64,000 nt of DNA. Source: a virus. Shown piece by piece: positions 9,048 through 19,520 of the stretch. Both the position numbers and the translations under genes were made by a program. The stretch is from IMG/VR virus record IMGVR_UViG_3300020391_000290, positions 1 to 64,000 of that record; one strand, given 5' to 3'. The first letter of the stretch is position 1; each line of letters opens with the position of its first letter. The notes under the pieces are model-generated. The model was not told the origin of the DNA and searched no databases. It saw only the letters and a program-made list of their open reading frames with translations.

Positions 9048-10154
9048 TTAACTAAATGCACCTAAGTCTACTGTAGTTGTAGATCCTACGGGTTCCATCA
9101 TTGTGTATACTTCTCCCAAACTTACACCAAAAGCATCTTGTGCTCCTGCCGTAAAAGGTGTTTCCACACTTCCTGTTTGGTTTTGTTGTTTTGCTAGATC
9201 AAAGTTGCCTTCAGACGCTGGTGCGGTTGTGAATGTACTAGTTTGAAATCCACTTGCTCCGCCTCCTCCGGAACCTACTCCTAAGTTATTAGGAGTAATT
9301 TTTTTCATTGTGCCACCATCATCTATTAACACAAAGTCCGCGTCTCCGCTATCTGTCGTTGTTGCGGGTGTATCACTGTTACCAGTTGTTAATATTGTGT
9401 TTCCTTCTATAGTCACAACACCTGAACTAGATCTTGCAATAGTGGTATCACTAGCATGTCCTAATTCAATATTAGCACCTGTAGTCACATCACCTGTAAG
9501 TGTAGTTGTACCTGCGACAGTCAATCCAGTACTGTTTAAGAGTTGAAAACTATCTGAGCGTAGTCTTGCAGTAATTGTGTTAGAGCCTGCTTTTACATTG
9601 GCAAATTCTATTATGCCATCTTCTGTACCATCACTTGCATCTAAAATTTTTCCTGTAATTTTTGCATATACCACTGCTTGGTCTGCGTCATTTTCACCTT
9701 TGAATTTTAATTGTCCTAAATAATCTGCATCGTCAGGACTCGCACTATTACGTTTTAATTCTATAACTGGTCCTGCACTACTGCTATTTTCTGTCGTAGT
9801 TAAAGTTAGCAGTGCGTTTGTATCTGTGCCTGCTAGGCTAGTTGCAGTTGTAGGTGTTGGAATATTTGTTAAGTTGCTACCATCTCCGTATATTGCATTT
9901 ACTTTTAAGTCAGCATAACTTGCAATAGTTACGTTACCCGATGTAGTGCCTGTTTCATTTGTGTTAATTACTGCAAACTGGTTAGCACTTTCGTCATATA
10001 TAAGTGCGGTATTTGTATCACTACCTCGTTCTATTACTAGGCCTGCATCTTTATCAGCACTGCCACTTTCTCCGCTATTTAAACGTATAAGCGGATCTGT
10101 AATATTTGTTACATCAAAATTAATTTGACTGGCTTTTGGCATAGTAAACGGCAT
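9048..10154 (-). CDS. Tail fibre-like virion protein
   Basis: DPLIRLN...GLVIERGSD...YDES module shared with other fibre genes; T/S/G-rich. Confidence 0.7.
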   Translation of the reverse strand: MPFTMPKASQINFDVTNITDPLIRLNSGESGSADKDAGLVIERGSDTNTALIYDESANQFAVINTNETGTTSGNVTIASYADLKVNAIYGDGSNLTNIPTPTTATSLAGTDTNALLTLTTTENSSSAGPVIELKRNSASPDDADYLGQLKFKGENDADQAVVYAKITGKILDASDGTEDGIIEFANVKAGSNTITARLRSDSFQLLNSTGLTVAGTTTLTGDVTTGANIELGHASDTTIARSSSGVVTIEGNTILTTGNSDTPATTTDSGDADFVLIDDGGTMKKITPNNLGVGSGGGGASGFQTSTFTTAPASEGNFDLAKQQNQTGSVETPFTAGAQDAFGVSLGEVYTMMEPVGSTTTVDLGAFS

Positions 10155-10199
10155 GTAATATCCTTTTTATATTGTAGTATTTATCAACTTACTTTAGTC

Positions 10200-10228
10200 A
10201 AAAAAATAGCACCCTAGGGTGCTATTTT
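10200..10228 (-). terminator. Intrinsic terminator (perfect palindrome)
   Basis: AAAATAGCACCCTAGGGTGCTATTTT with a U-run on the minus strand, just after the 1412-aa gene. Confidence 0.85.
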
Positions 10229-10246
10229 GAAAGTTATTTTTTGTAA

Positions 10247-13200
10247 TTACATCATTAATGCTAATACTTCAATAACGCCTTCTCCGCCTTCGTGTGCTTC
10301 GATTGCCTTACCAATTATTGTACCAGATTTTGCATCATTGTTAGCCATTGCCATACCATTACCTGCACTTACCATTAAGTCACCTGCTGCTACTGGTCCT
10401 GTTACTTTAGTTGGTACACGACCTGCTAATGCTAATGCAACACCATCTGCTTCACTGTTCATTAAGTATGCTGGATCTGTGGAAACAATTCCTGCTACTG
10501 TTCTACAATTTGGTGTATCACATGGTGCAACTTTTCCTGCGCCTGCAAAGTGTACTACTGTTCCTGCTTCAATATCGCCATCGGCTGCATATTTTTCAGC
10601 CAAATCCGCGTATCTTGCAGAGGTTGTTGTTGCACTTATAACGTTTGCACTAAAGTTTCCTGAACCATCTCTAAACACAATAGTATTCGCACTGTTTGAG
10701 GTAGTTGCGTTTGATGTAACAGTAAATGTTCCACCTTCACTACTTACACTACCACTTATACCACTACCTGATGTTGCACCTGCTGCTACATAATTTCCTG
10801 TTGTATCAGTTGATAATGCAACACTGTTGGCTGCGATTGTTGCGGTTAGTGTAGCATTACCTAAGTTAGTTAAAGTTGCACTACCACTTAAATCACCAGC
10901 AAGTGTTATAGTCGGATCTGCTGTAGCAGTTGTAGCAATACTAATACCAGCACTACCATCAAAGTTTGCAGTTCCTGTTACTGCACCTGTTAGTGCAATA
11001 GCTCTTGTTGTAGTAAGTTTTGCTGCACTTCCAGTTGTGTTCTGGTTACCTGTTGCGTTTACACCTGGTAAGGTAATATTTGCACTTCCATCAAAAGAAA
11101 CACCACCAATATTCCTAGCAGTTGTTAATGTTGCTGCACTTCCAGATGTGTTCTGGTTACCTGTTGTGTTTACACCTGGTAATGTAATATTTGCACTTCC
11201 ATCAAATGACACTCCACCAATTGTTCTAGGAGTTGTTAATGTCGCTGCACTTCCAGATGTGTTCTGGTTACCTGTTGCGTTTACACCTGGTAAGGTAATA
11301 TTTGCACTTCCATCAAAAGAAACACCACCAATTGTTCTAGGAGTTGTTAATGTCGCTGCTGAACCAGTTGTGTTTTGGTTTAGTGTTGCAACACGAGCCG
11401 CTGCTATTGTACCTGAAGCAATGTTACTTCCGTTTAATGAAGTTAAACTTGCACCACTACCACTAAATGCGGCTGCAGTTAATGTACCAGTACTTGGATT
11501 ATATGTAAATCCACTGTCTTGTGTAGCTGCGGTTAATGCACCTGATGTTATTGATCCAACGTATACTAGTCTTTCAGCATTTGTAGCTTCGTCGTTTGTT
11601 ACAACAGCACCTGCTGCACCAAAAGATAAGTTTCCACTTGCATCTGTTATAAGTGCTTGTCCACTTGTTCCATCTGCACCCGGAAGTTTAAATGTTACGT
11701 TTGATGCTACTGTATCTGGAGCCTGTAATGCTACAAAGTTTGAAGCATCTGCATCACTAAATCTTACATCACCACTTGGTCCTGTAATAATATCATCAAC
11801 ATGTAGTTCTGCATAACGCTTTGTTGCACTACCTAAGTCATGTGTACCATCAGCATTTGGTATAATATCACCATTAAACTCACTGTTAACAACAACACTA
11901 TCACTTGACGCATCACCAATTGTAATGTTTCCGCCTAGTGTTAAATTACCATCAACGTTTAAGTTTGCATTAATATCAACATCACCGTTTGCCGCAATAG
12001 TCATTCTTTCTGAACCAGCAGTATCAAATCTAATGATATCCTCATCACTTGATTCCTCAAGTTGAATCTGAGTATCACCATCGATATCTGATAAACCTAC
12101 AACAGTTTGTGTGGTTGTAAACTTACGTACCTCAATCAAGTCACCTGTAGCCGGAGCAGTTGTAAATGTTAATGTTACGCCTGATACACCATATACTACG
12201 GATGGTTGTTGTACCACACCGTTTAGTGTTACAAAAATACCAGCGTTACTATAACTATCTGCACCACTTAATGTGTCTAATGTAAATGCAGTTGTTGCAC
12301 CGTCACCGTTAAAAACTTGTGATGTAGCAAGTGTAAAGTCTGTACTTAATGACTTAAATCCTGTATTATCACGGAATTCTAATTGGTTACTAGTTGTGTT
12401 ATATCTAAACTGTCCTATTACACCTGTTGGTCTTTGAGCAGTTGTACCTTTTGGTAATATTAATGCACTAGTTGCTGAACCTAAGTCTAAGATTGCGTTA
12501 GCATTTGGTGCACCACCAATACCTACGTTATCTTGTGATCCATCTACAACAAATAAGTTAGCAACGCCATTACCTTCAATTCTAAAGTCAACGTTTGCAC
12601 TGTTCTCATTGAAAACAACACCACCAGCACTGTTAATTGTTAATGCACCAGTTGCATTTGTAATTGCAGTATCTGTACCATCGTGTCCAATTGTAAAGTC
12701 TGTACCAGCACCAATTTCAAGTTGCTTGTTATCAGCAGCCAATCTTATATCTTCTACAGTTGTAATAATACCTGCGGCAGTAATTGTTGCTTTGTTTGTT
12801 GCTACTGTTAAACTGTTTACATTACTAGCACCTGTAAATGTTACATCTGTACCATCAAATGTCATTGCGGCATCACCAGCAATTACTCCACTATTACTAA
12901 AAAGTAATTGTGTGTCTGATACGTTAGATGTAAATGTACCTGAACCTGAACTAATATCAATATTACCATTTGAAGTAATATTTCTAATTGTTCCAATATC
13001 TAAGTTTGTATCTACTACTAATGCTTTATTAGCTACTGCTGTACCTGCAGTAATACCATCAATTTTTTCTAAATCAGCTTCGTTCATACTTGCTGAACCA
13101 ATGATAAAACTACCTGTTGCAGTCACGTCACCTGTTACACCTAATGCACCAGTGTTTAGTCCTGCGGCAGTAAATGATACGTTTCCTGTAGCATCACCAG

Positions 13201-14485
13201 TGGCAGTTGTTGTACCTGTTACGAATACGTCTGCTGACTCATCCCATAAAAATGCGGCATTGTCACCTGTTGAACCACGCTCAAATATAAAACCTAAGTC
13301 GTTTGCATTAGAACCTGCACCAGTGTTTAGTTCAATAATTGTATCAGAAACTCTACTGTTTGTTGTACTTACAGTTGTTGTAGTACCGTTTACTGTTAAG
13401 TTACCTGAAATTGTTAAAGCACCACCAATTGTTACGTTGTCTGGTAAACCAATTTGTATTTGGTTATCACTAACAGTAGTTTCAACTTCGTTGGAAGTAC
13501 CTGCAAATGTAAGTGTGTTTGTACCAACTGTAACAACATCATCTGATCCTGAATCAGCTGCGATTGTTAATGATCTTGCACTACTAATATTTGTATCAAC
13601 ATATGCTTTGGTAGCGGCATGTTGGTTTGCTGTTGGATCTGTTACGTTAATAATTTGACTTGTGTTAACGTCAAGTGCACCTGATCCTTTTGGATCAATT
13701 ATTAAATTAATATTTGTATCATCACCTGTTGTTGCAATTTTTGGATGACCACTTGCTGCAGCATTGAAAACATCTATTTGGTTAACTGCTGATCCAACTG
13801 TTTGGAAAATTATTGCTTCGTTGCCGTTAGCATCTGCAATAAATCCACCGTCTACAATTTTTGGTGCAGTTAGTGTTTTGTTTGTAAGTGTTGATGTAGT
13901 TCCTGATAAAAATGTGTCAAATGTAGCTACAGTTGTCTGAGCCATTGTGCCACCTTGGTTTACAACAATACCATGTCCTGCTGCTACTGCAGTAGTTCCT
14001 GGTGTTGCACCACCATCTATCAAGTTAAGTTCTGCGGCAGTTGCAGTAATACCTGATCCACCAATCTGTAAAGTGGCGGCATTTACTATATTAGCTCTCA
14101 AGTTTGCATAACCTGAAATACTAATATTTCCTGCAGTATCTCCGTCTTCTGATCCTACGTTAGCAATAATAAATTCGTCTGCAGTTTCATCCCATAGAAA
14201 TGCGTAGTTATCATCAGAACCTCTGTTAATTAATAGACCACTATCTACACTTCCTGATCCACTAGCTTCAGCTGAAAGGGCAATAACTGCGTCTTCAATT
14301 CTTGTATTTGTTGTACTTACACTAGTGGTCGTACCACTTACTGTAAGGTTACCCGAAACAGTTAAACTACTGCCATAGGTAAGGTTGTTTGCCAGTTTAG
14401 CTCCAGTTACGTTAGCATCGGCTATCTTTGCCGTTGTTACCGCACTATCAGTAATCTGGTTGGTTTTAATTCGTGTTAATGCCAT
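10247..14485 (-). CDS. Long modular tail fibre (1412 aa)
   Basis: Repeated fibre modules, three 37-aa tandem repeats and the same RYADLAEKY C-terminal domain as 7228-9033. Confidence 0.85.
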   Translation of the reverse strand: MALTRIKTNQITDSAVTTAKIADANVTGAKLANNLTYGSSLTVSGNLTVSGTTTSVSTTNTRIEDAVIALSAEASGSGSVDSGLLINRGSDDNYAFLWDETADEFIIANVGSEDGDTAGNISISGYANLRANIVNAATLQIGGSGITATAAELNLIDGGATPGTTAVAAGHGIVVNQGGTMAQTTVATFDTFLSGTTSTLTNKTLTAPKIVDGGFIADANGNEAIIFQTVGSAVNQIDVFNAAASGHPKIATTGDDTNINLIIDPKGSGALDVNTSQIINVTDPTANQHAATKAYVDTNISSARSLTIAADSGSDDVVTVGTNTLTFAGTSNEVETTVSDNQIQIGLPDNVTIGGALTISGNLTVNGTTTTVSTTNSRVSDTIIELNTGAGSNANDLGFIFERGSTGDNAAFLWDESADVFVTGTTTATGDATGNVSFTAAGLNTGALGVTGDVTATGSFIIGSASMNEADLEKIDGITAGTAVANKALVVDTNLDIGTIRNITSNGNIDISSGSGTFTSNVSDTQLLFSNSGVIAGDAAMTFDGTDVTFTGASNVNSLTVATNKATITAAGIITTVEDIRLAADNKQLEIGAGTDFTIGHDGTDTAITNATGALTINSAGGVVFNENSANVDFRIEGNGVANLFVVDGSQDNVGIGGAPNANAILDLGSATSALILPKGTTAQRPTGVIGQFRYNTTSNQLEFRDNTGFKSLSTDFTLATSQVFNGDGATTAFTLDTLSGADSYSNAGIFVTLNGVVQQPSVVYGVSGVTLTFTTAPATGDLIEVRKFTTTQTVVGLSDIDGDTQIQLEESSDEDIIRFDTAGSERMTIAANGDVDINANLNVDGNLTLGGNITIGDASSDSVVVNSEFNGDIIPNADGTHDLGSATKRYAELHVDDIITGPSGDVRFSDADASNFVALQAPDTVASNVTFKLPGADGTSGQALITDASGNLSFGAAGAVVTNDEATNAERLVYVGSITSGALTAATQDSGFTYNPSTGTLTAAAFSGSGASLTSLNGSNIASGTIAAARVATLNQNTTGSAATLTTPRTIGGVSFDGSANITLPGVNATGNQNTSGSAATLTTPRTIGGVSFDGSANITLPGVNTTGNQNTSGSAATLTTARNIGGVSFDGSANITLPGVNATGNQNTTGSAAKLTTTRAIALTGAVTGTANFDGSAGISIATTATADPTITLAGDLSGSATLTNLGNATLTATIAANSVALSTDTTGNYVAAGATSGSGISGSVSSEGGTFTVTSNATTSNSANTIVFRDGSGNFSANVISATTTSARYADLAEKYAADGDIEAGTVVHFAGAGKVAPCDTPNCRTVAGIVSTDPAYLMNSEADGVALALAGRVPTKVTGPVAAGDLMVSAGNGMAMANNDAKSGTIIGKAIEAHEGGEGVIEVLALMM
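11022..11354. repeat. Three tandem 111-bp (37-aa) coding repeats
   Basis: GCTGCACTTCCAG recurs at 11022, 11133 and 11244; peptide TLTTxRxIGGVSFDGSANITLPGVNxTGNQNTxGSAA. Confidence 0.92.
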
Positions 14486-14526
14486 TTTCTAAATTCTCCG
14501 TCCAATCGCGATTATAATAACAATGT

Positions 14527-14722
14527 TATTTATTGTAAATTATAAATTTTGCAATTAGTCGCAGAGAAATAACATCAAAAAATGTCTATCAATCAATGTT
14601 AATTTTTAAGAGAATGTTGCTACTGCCGCAACTGGGAATGTAAGTGCCTTTTGTTGGAGCAGGCTAGTGGCGAACTGCTTGTAACACGGGGTCACGGAGA
14701 AATAATCTATTACTATTATTTA
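14527..14722 (-). promoter_or_regulatory. Tandem late promoters enclosing a GC-rich structured leader of the long fibre gene
   Basis: TAAATA at 14722-14717 and 14532-14527; hairpins AGCAG/CTGCT and GTTGC/GCAAC between them. Confidence 0.5.
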
Positions 14723-14728
14723 GTCTTT

Positions 14729-15862
14729 TTAGTGAAAATCTACCCATGCACCGTTAGCATAACCTTGAAATTTATTTGTTGTTGTATTATATACAACATC
14801 GCCATTTGCTGAACTTAGTGCGTTTCTTTGACTAGTAGTGAATTGTTGAAATTTTTGTGCTGGTTGTGCATTACCGCTATGAAAACTTCTTGCTTGAATA
14901 ATATCTCCATTTGCAGGCGCATTTGTAAATGTAAGTGTTGTTCCGCTTACAGAATAAGCATTAGATGCTTCCTGTATTACACCATTAAGTGTAACTATTA
15001 CTGCACCTGTTGAACTACTTGCTCCTAGCGTAAAAGCAGTTGTACTAGCGTTACCTGTAAAGTTATTTGTAGTAATAGTATTACTAGGAGAAACACTAAC
15101 CCAAGCACTACCATTATAAATTTCAGTTTCAGAAGTGCTAGTGTTAAAACGTATCATCCCTGTTTTACCACCAGGTCTTTGAGCTGTAGTGCCCACAGGA
15201 ATAACAAAACCTGTAGTTGCGTCAATTGCAACATATCCTGACCCCGCAGGATCTAGAATAATTTCTTCATTAGTTACAGTTGTCTGTATTCTATTATCAG
15301 TAAATGTGTAAGCACCTGTATCACCTCCTACACCGAAATCTCCAGTATACCTTGCACCTTCGATATAAACACTTTTACCACTAAAATTGACACCATTAGG
15401 TAAGTTAGTTCCTATAAAGTTTAAAACTCCAGATTCATAATCAAAAAACCATTCATCATTATTACCGCTACCTGTAACAAAGACTTTGTTACTAATACTA
15501 GCCGCATTGTCGGCATCATCAGCAGTATGAACATATACATTTACTAAATATGTACTTCCAAATTGTGTAGGTATCCAGTCTGTTTGATTTGTTTTCCAAG
15601 TGCGATTAGTAGTTGCAGTATTGTCAGCAACGGTTTCAACAACATTGGCACCGTTGTAACAAGTTACTACGCCACTACTACTATTTGGTTTTACAGAAGG
15701 TATACTTCCTGCCTGTTTCCAAACTCTATCACCTCTCATTAACAGCGGAGAAGGTATAGCCTCATTAGGAGCAAGTTTTAAACTGTTGACATCTGTTTTT
15801 GTTGCACCATAACCAATTTTCTTAAATAGATAATCAAGTTTTTGGGAGTCTGTAATAGCCAT
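14729..15862 (-). CDS. Virion structural/fibre-associated protein
   Basis: IPVGTTAQRP...IRFNTS and FTGNASTTAFTL...LNGVIQ modules shared with neighbouring genes. Confidence 0.7.
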   Translation of the reverse strand: MAITDSQKLDYLFKKIGYGATKTDVNSLKLAPNEAIPSPLLMRGDRVWKQAGSIPSVKPNSSSGVVTCYNGANVVETVADNTATTNRTWKTNQTDWIPTQFGSTYLVNVYVHTADDADNAASISNKVFVTGSGNNDEWFFDYESGVLNFIGTNLPNGVNFSGKSVYIEGARYTGDFGVGGDTGAYTFTDNRIQTTVTNEEIILDPAGSGYVAIDATTGFVIPVGTTAQRPGGKTGMIRFNTSTSETEIYNGSAWVSVSPSNTITTNNFTGNASTTAFTLGASSSTGAVIVTLNGVIQEASNAYSVSGTTLTFTNAPANGDIIQARSFHSGNAQPAQKFQQFTTSQRNALSSANGDVVYNTTTNKFQGYANGAWVDFH

Positions 15863-18800
15863 TACGAAGCAACTCCTATACTAAGAGCAGTAACCTTTTG
15901 CCCACTTGTTAGTGCAATTCTTACTAAACAAACATTTCCTGTGGCGTTACTTAAATTAGCAGTACCCAGTGTCATTGTAAATCCACCATTTATACTACTA
16001 TTTGTTGCAACTACATCAGCACCAGTAAATGCACCTCCTGCTAATCCATTACCACCACTTCCTGTGTTTGTTCCAGGCAAACCAACGCCTGCATATTGAC
16101 TTGTTGTTTCCACCCAGCCATTTATACCACTAGCCGCAGTTAATGTTGTACCTGGCGCAGCATACCACATGCCGGCAATACCAGTACTACTAGTAATGTT
16201 TATATCAAAATTTGCAGTTGTAGTTCTTCTAAATGCGAATGTAAAATATTGCGTACCAGTATCGCCTGATCTATTAGGACCTGCTGGTAAAAAACCTGTG
16301 CTATAATTTACTACATTGTGTTCAATAACACCTAATCTTACAGTTGCTTCCTTTGTTCCTGCTACTCCTGGATCTGATGCTTCAGAATATACTGTAGTTG
16401 TATAAAAGTTTGTTGAAGCACTAAAACTAGGTGTGTTAGCAGTTGCACCACTAAATGCAAATGACCTTATTCCATCATCATCAAAGCCAGCACCTAAACT
16501 ATCACTTACTGCTATAGCAATCTCACTTATACCACTTTGTGCGGCAGTATGTACTTGTAACTTGGTGCTTAATTCTGTATATCCGCTAATGCCATTAACA
16601 TTTCTTGCTCTTGCTTTTATAGTTTCAACTGTTCTAACACTCGAAGAAGTAATCGGTACACTTAAACTTCCTATTGCGTATGCACTACTTGTGCCTATAT
16701 TTACTTTAGGTATTCCACTTGCTAACATAGTACTTGCTCCGTCTATATTAGCATATGTGTAGTCATTTGCATTACTTGCATTTTGACTAGTACCTTCTGC
16801 ATTAGTGCCACTATCTACTTCAACAATATTACTCTGACCTGTATATGCTTGTCCCACTAAATTATTAATAGTCATACCAGTAATATTCACAGTAGGACTT
16901 CCTGTGTTATAATATGGAATACCACTTATAAATCTAAATGTTCCATTAGTACCTGCACTCAAAGTACCTACACTTCCAAAAGTTGGAGAAGCAGTCAAAT
17001 TATCTTTAAGTACGTGTACATAGTTTGTGTTTCCTGTTGTACTATGAGTCAATCTTTGAGCACTTAGTCCTGTAGAATATCCACTTAATGCTTTTGTTAT
17101 TTTTGCACTAGCCACTAAGTAAAATCTTTGTGGATAACTTCCGTCTACAGAATCAAAATCAACATTACTAGTAACAACAAGACTTGTAAAGGTTCCTGTT
17201 TCATTTTCAGTAGCAGTAAAAGTTTTAGCACCATTACCAGTTGCATTTATTTCTGCAGTAAGTACTCCACTTGCTCCGTTAAAAAAGTTACTAGCAGTGC
17301 TTGTATCTATAGTACCACTTGTATATCTTCTTGCTGTAGTGCTTGATAAAGAAGTACCAGCACTTAAAGTTGATGCACTTGATGTATTATCTGTAAATCC
17401 ACTTGCTAGTCTAGGACTTGTGCCTTGAAAACTATCACTTAATGTAATACTTTTTGTACTTAAATTTGGCGGTGCACTTGGTACTGCTTTTAAATTATAT
17501 GTAATACTTGTATCTACATCTGTCTGTGCAGTAATATCCGGAGTACCATTAGCAGTAAAACTTAAATTATAGTTGCCTACACTTGCTCCAGCAAAGTTGT
17601 GATCCAGTGTTGCTCCTATGCTTCCTGCGGAACTACCATCTTCAGTCACAGTATCGTTACTTCCAAAACCCCAATTATAAACATAATCATCCGCATTTTG
17701 ACTAGTATTTGTTACCCTTACAATAGCACGATTAGTGCTATCTAAATCTGTATGATTATAAATTGTTTTATTATTATCACCACTTGCAGTACTTACCGTC
17801 ACTGCTGTACCCGCTATATTTGCTCTAACGTCAGGCTCTACATGTACACTAAATGTGCTACTAATAAAAGGACTACTTGTATGGTTACTAATGACTCTGA
17901 GATTTCCTGTGTAATCCCTAGGAGTTCCATTTGCTTGGTCACTATTACTTAATGAGTACGTATGATTTAAATTTACTCCTCTATCACCAGCACCTCCACT
18001 GCCTGCATTAACAGTTGTGTTACTTGTTCCATCACCAAATTGATATTGATATTGTATACCATATGTAGAGAAACTTCCTACACCTGCTTCTGTTGTATTA
18101 TTAAATGTTACTACATGCCCGCTAGTTGCTTCTTCATTTACGCCACTGGTATCATTGAGTGACACTGTAGGAGTATGTGTATCATATATTTCAAATGTAT
18201 CAGATGCTGTAATAGGAAAAGATAATGCAGGATTTGCAGTGCTCATGCTATTTAATTTTAGTTGTACTGTAAATTGTTGCTCAGATTCTGTGGCGGTATC
18301 AAATGTATGTGCAATTCTAGCACCGGATTGTGAACCTGCATCTGTATCATTATTAATCACATTGTCAGATTGTGAGTCACCCCAATCCCATGTCCATTGT
18401 CTAGTAGCACCTGCAACATCTGTATTAGCACTATTATTTTGAAAGTATACTGTACTACCATCGTTCCAAAATGTAATAGGTGAGCCACCACTTGGTGCCG
18501 CATACGCTGCAAAAGCTACTGTAGGGTCAGGACTGTAGACTACAATGTAATCTGTCCTTGTAAATGATGCAACACTTCCAGATCCTGAACCGCCTGTGTT
18601 ACTTGCGGTTACGGTAATACTGTGTGGACTATCTACAAAATTATTGTAAGTATGTGTAGGATTGGTACTACTAGTTGTATCATTACTAGTACCGTCACCC
18701 CAATTTATTACAAATTGGTTTGCATTTCCTACTGCAGATATACTAAGCGTAGCAGTAAATCCTGCTCCTGCTTGGGTTATGTTACTTGTGAAAGTTACAC

Positions 18801-19416
18801 TTTTTACGAATGTGCTATTACGAATATTCTCAACAACTTCATTTAAATCATCTATAGCATCTGTGACTTTAGTAGTAGTAGTTAAGCCTTGAAAAGCACC
18901 TGATGTAGTTAAACTTCCGTCTGTTGGTGAAGCAAGATTTATGGTCATGCCAGTGGCACTGCCACTTGCTATCTGATCTGTTATATATGCTTTTATACTT
19001 TGTTGTGTTGCTAAAGCAGTTGCACTGTTACTAGCAAAGTTATCTTCATCTAATATACTACTTGCTGATACACCACTTTGAAGTGTAAGACTTCCATTTA
19101 TAGTAGCACCTGTTTTAATTTCAATTACACCCGTACCACTAGCATCTAATTGTAAATTAGCATTACTAACAGTTGATTCTACTTTGTTTCCTGCAATTGT
19201 AATTTGATCAAATGTTTGTGTTCCGCCGGTCGTAGTGATATTTCCAGTAATTTTAACATCACCAGATACGTCAAACGCAGTCGTTGGAGTTGCAGTACCA
19301 ATTCCGATTCTGTTGTTTGTATAATCTATTACTAGAGAGTTTGTGTTGAATGCAAGGTTTGAGTCACGTTCAAGATTGGCTTTAAGTATTTTTCCACTTA
19401 TACGTGAAATTGCCAT
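15862..19416 (-). CDS. Large virion protein with PKD/Ig-like domains
   Basis: INWGDGT...PTHTY, WTWDWGDS and YQFGDGT are PKD-type motifs; S/T-rich. Confidence 0.75.
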   Translation of the reverse strand: MAISRISGKILKANLERDSNLAFNTNSLVIDYTNNRIGIGTATPTTAFDVSGDVKITGNITTTGGTQTFDQITIAGNKVESTVSNANLQLDASGTGVIEIKTGATINGSLTLQSGVSASSILDEDNFASNSATALATQQSIKAYITDQIASGSATGMTINLASPTDGSLTTSGAFQGLTTTTKVTDAIDDLNEVVENIRNSTFVKSVTFTSNITQAGAGFTATLSISAVGNANQFVINWGDGTSNDTTSSTNPTHTYNNFVDSPHSITVTASNTGGSGSGSVASFTRTDYIVVYSPDPTVAFAAYAAPSGGSPITFWNDGSTVYFQNNSANTDVAGATRQWTWDWGDSQSDNVINNDTDAGSQSGARIAHTFDTATESEQQFTVQLKLNSMSTANPALSFPITASDTFEIYDTHTPTVSLNDTSGVNEEATSGHVVTFNNTTEAGVGSFSTYGIQYQYQFGDGTSNTTVNAGSGGAGDRGVNLNHTYSLSNSDQANGTPRDYTGNLRVISNHTSSPFISSTFSVHVEPDVRANIAGTAVTVSTASGDNNKTIYNHTDLDSTNRAIVRVTNTSQNADDYVYNWGFGSNDTVTEDGSSAGSIGATLDHNFAGASVGNYNLSFTANGTPDITAQTDVDTSITYNLKAVPSAPPNLSTKSITLSDSFQGTSPRLASGFTDNTSSASTLSAGTSLSSTTARRYTSGTIDTSTASNFFNGASGVLTAEINATGNGAKTFTATENETGTFTSLVVTSNVDFDSVDGSYPQRFYLVASAKITKALSGYSTGLSAQRLTHSTTGNTNYVHVLKDNLTASPTFGSVGTLSAGTNGTFRFISGIPYYNTGSPTVNITGMTINNLVGQAYTGQSNIVEVDSGTNAEGTSQNASNANDYTYANIDGASTMLASGIPKVNIGTSSAYAIGSLSVPITSSSVRTVETIKARARNVNGISGYTELSTKLQVHTAAQSGISEIAIAVSDSLGAGFDDDGIRSFAFSGATANTPSFSASTNFYTTTVYSEASDPGVAGTKEATVRLGVIEHNVVNYSTGFLPAGPNRSGDTGTQYFTFAFRRTTTANFDINITSSTGIAGMWYAAPGTTLTAASGINGWVETTSQYAGVGLPGTNTGSGGNGLAGGAFTGADVVATNSSINGGFTMTLGTANLSNATGNVCLVRIALTSGQKVTALSIGVAS

Positions 19417-19520
19417 CAGATGTCACTCCTATACATTCGCTATATTGCGTACATCTATTAACGTCCAAGATGCCAGGGTTTAAACTTACATACTAATGTA
19501 TGTAGTTATATTTATCTATG

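Noticed and set aside
11022-11354. CRISPR-like array
   Set aside because: Units are contiguous in-frame coding repeats without unique spacers
10227-13658. Long plus-strand ORFs (188, 329 and 349 aa)
   Set aside because: Antisense shadows of the T/G/A/S-rich fibre gene; they lack SD sequences and recognisable motifs
14603-14695. 29-codon GTG-start ORF or tmRNA-like tag in the fibre leader
   Set aside because: No SD, no tRNA-like ends, and the peptide does not end in an AA tag
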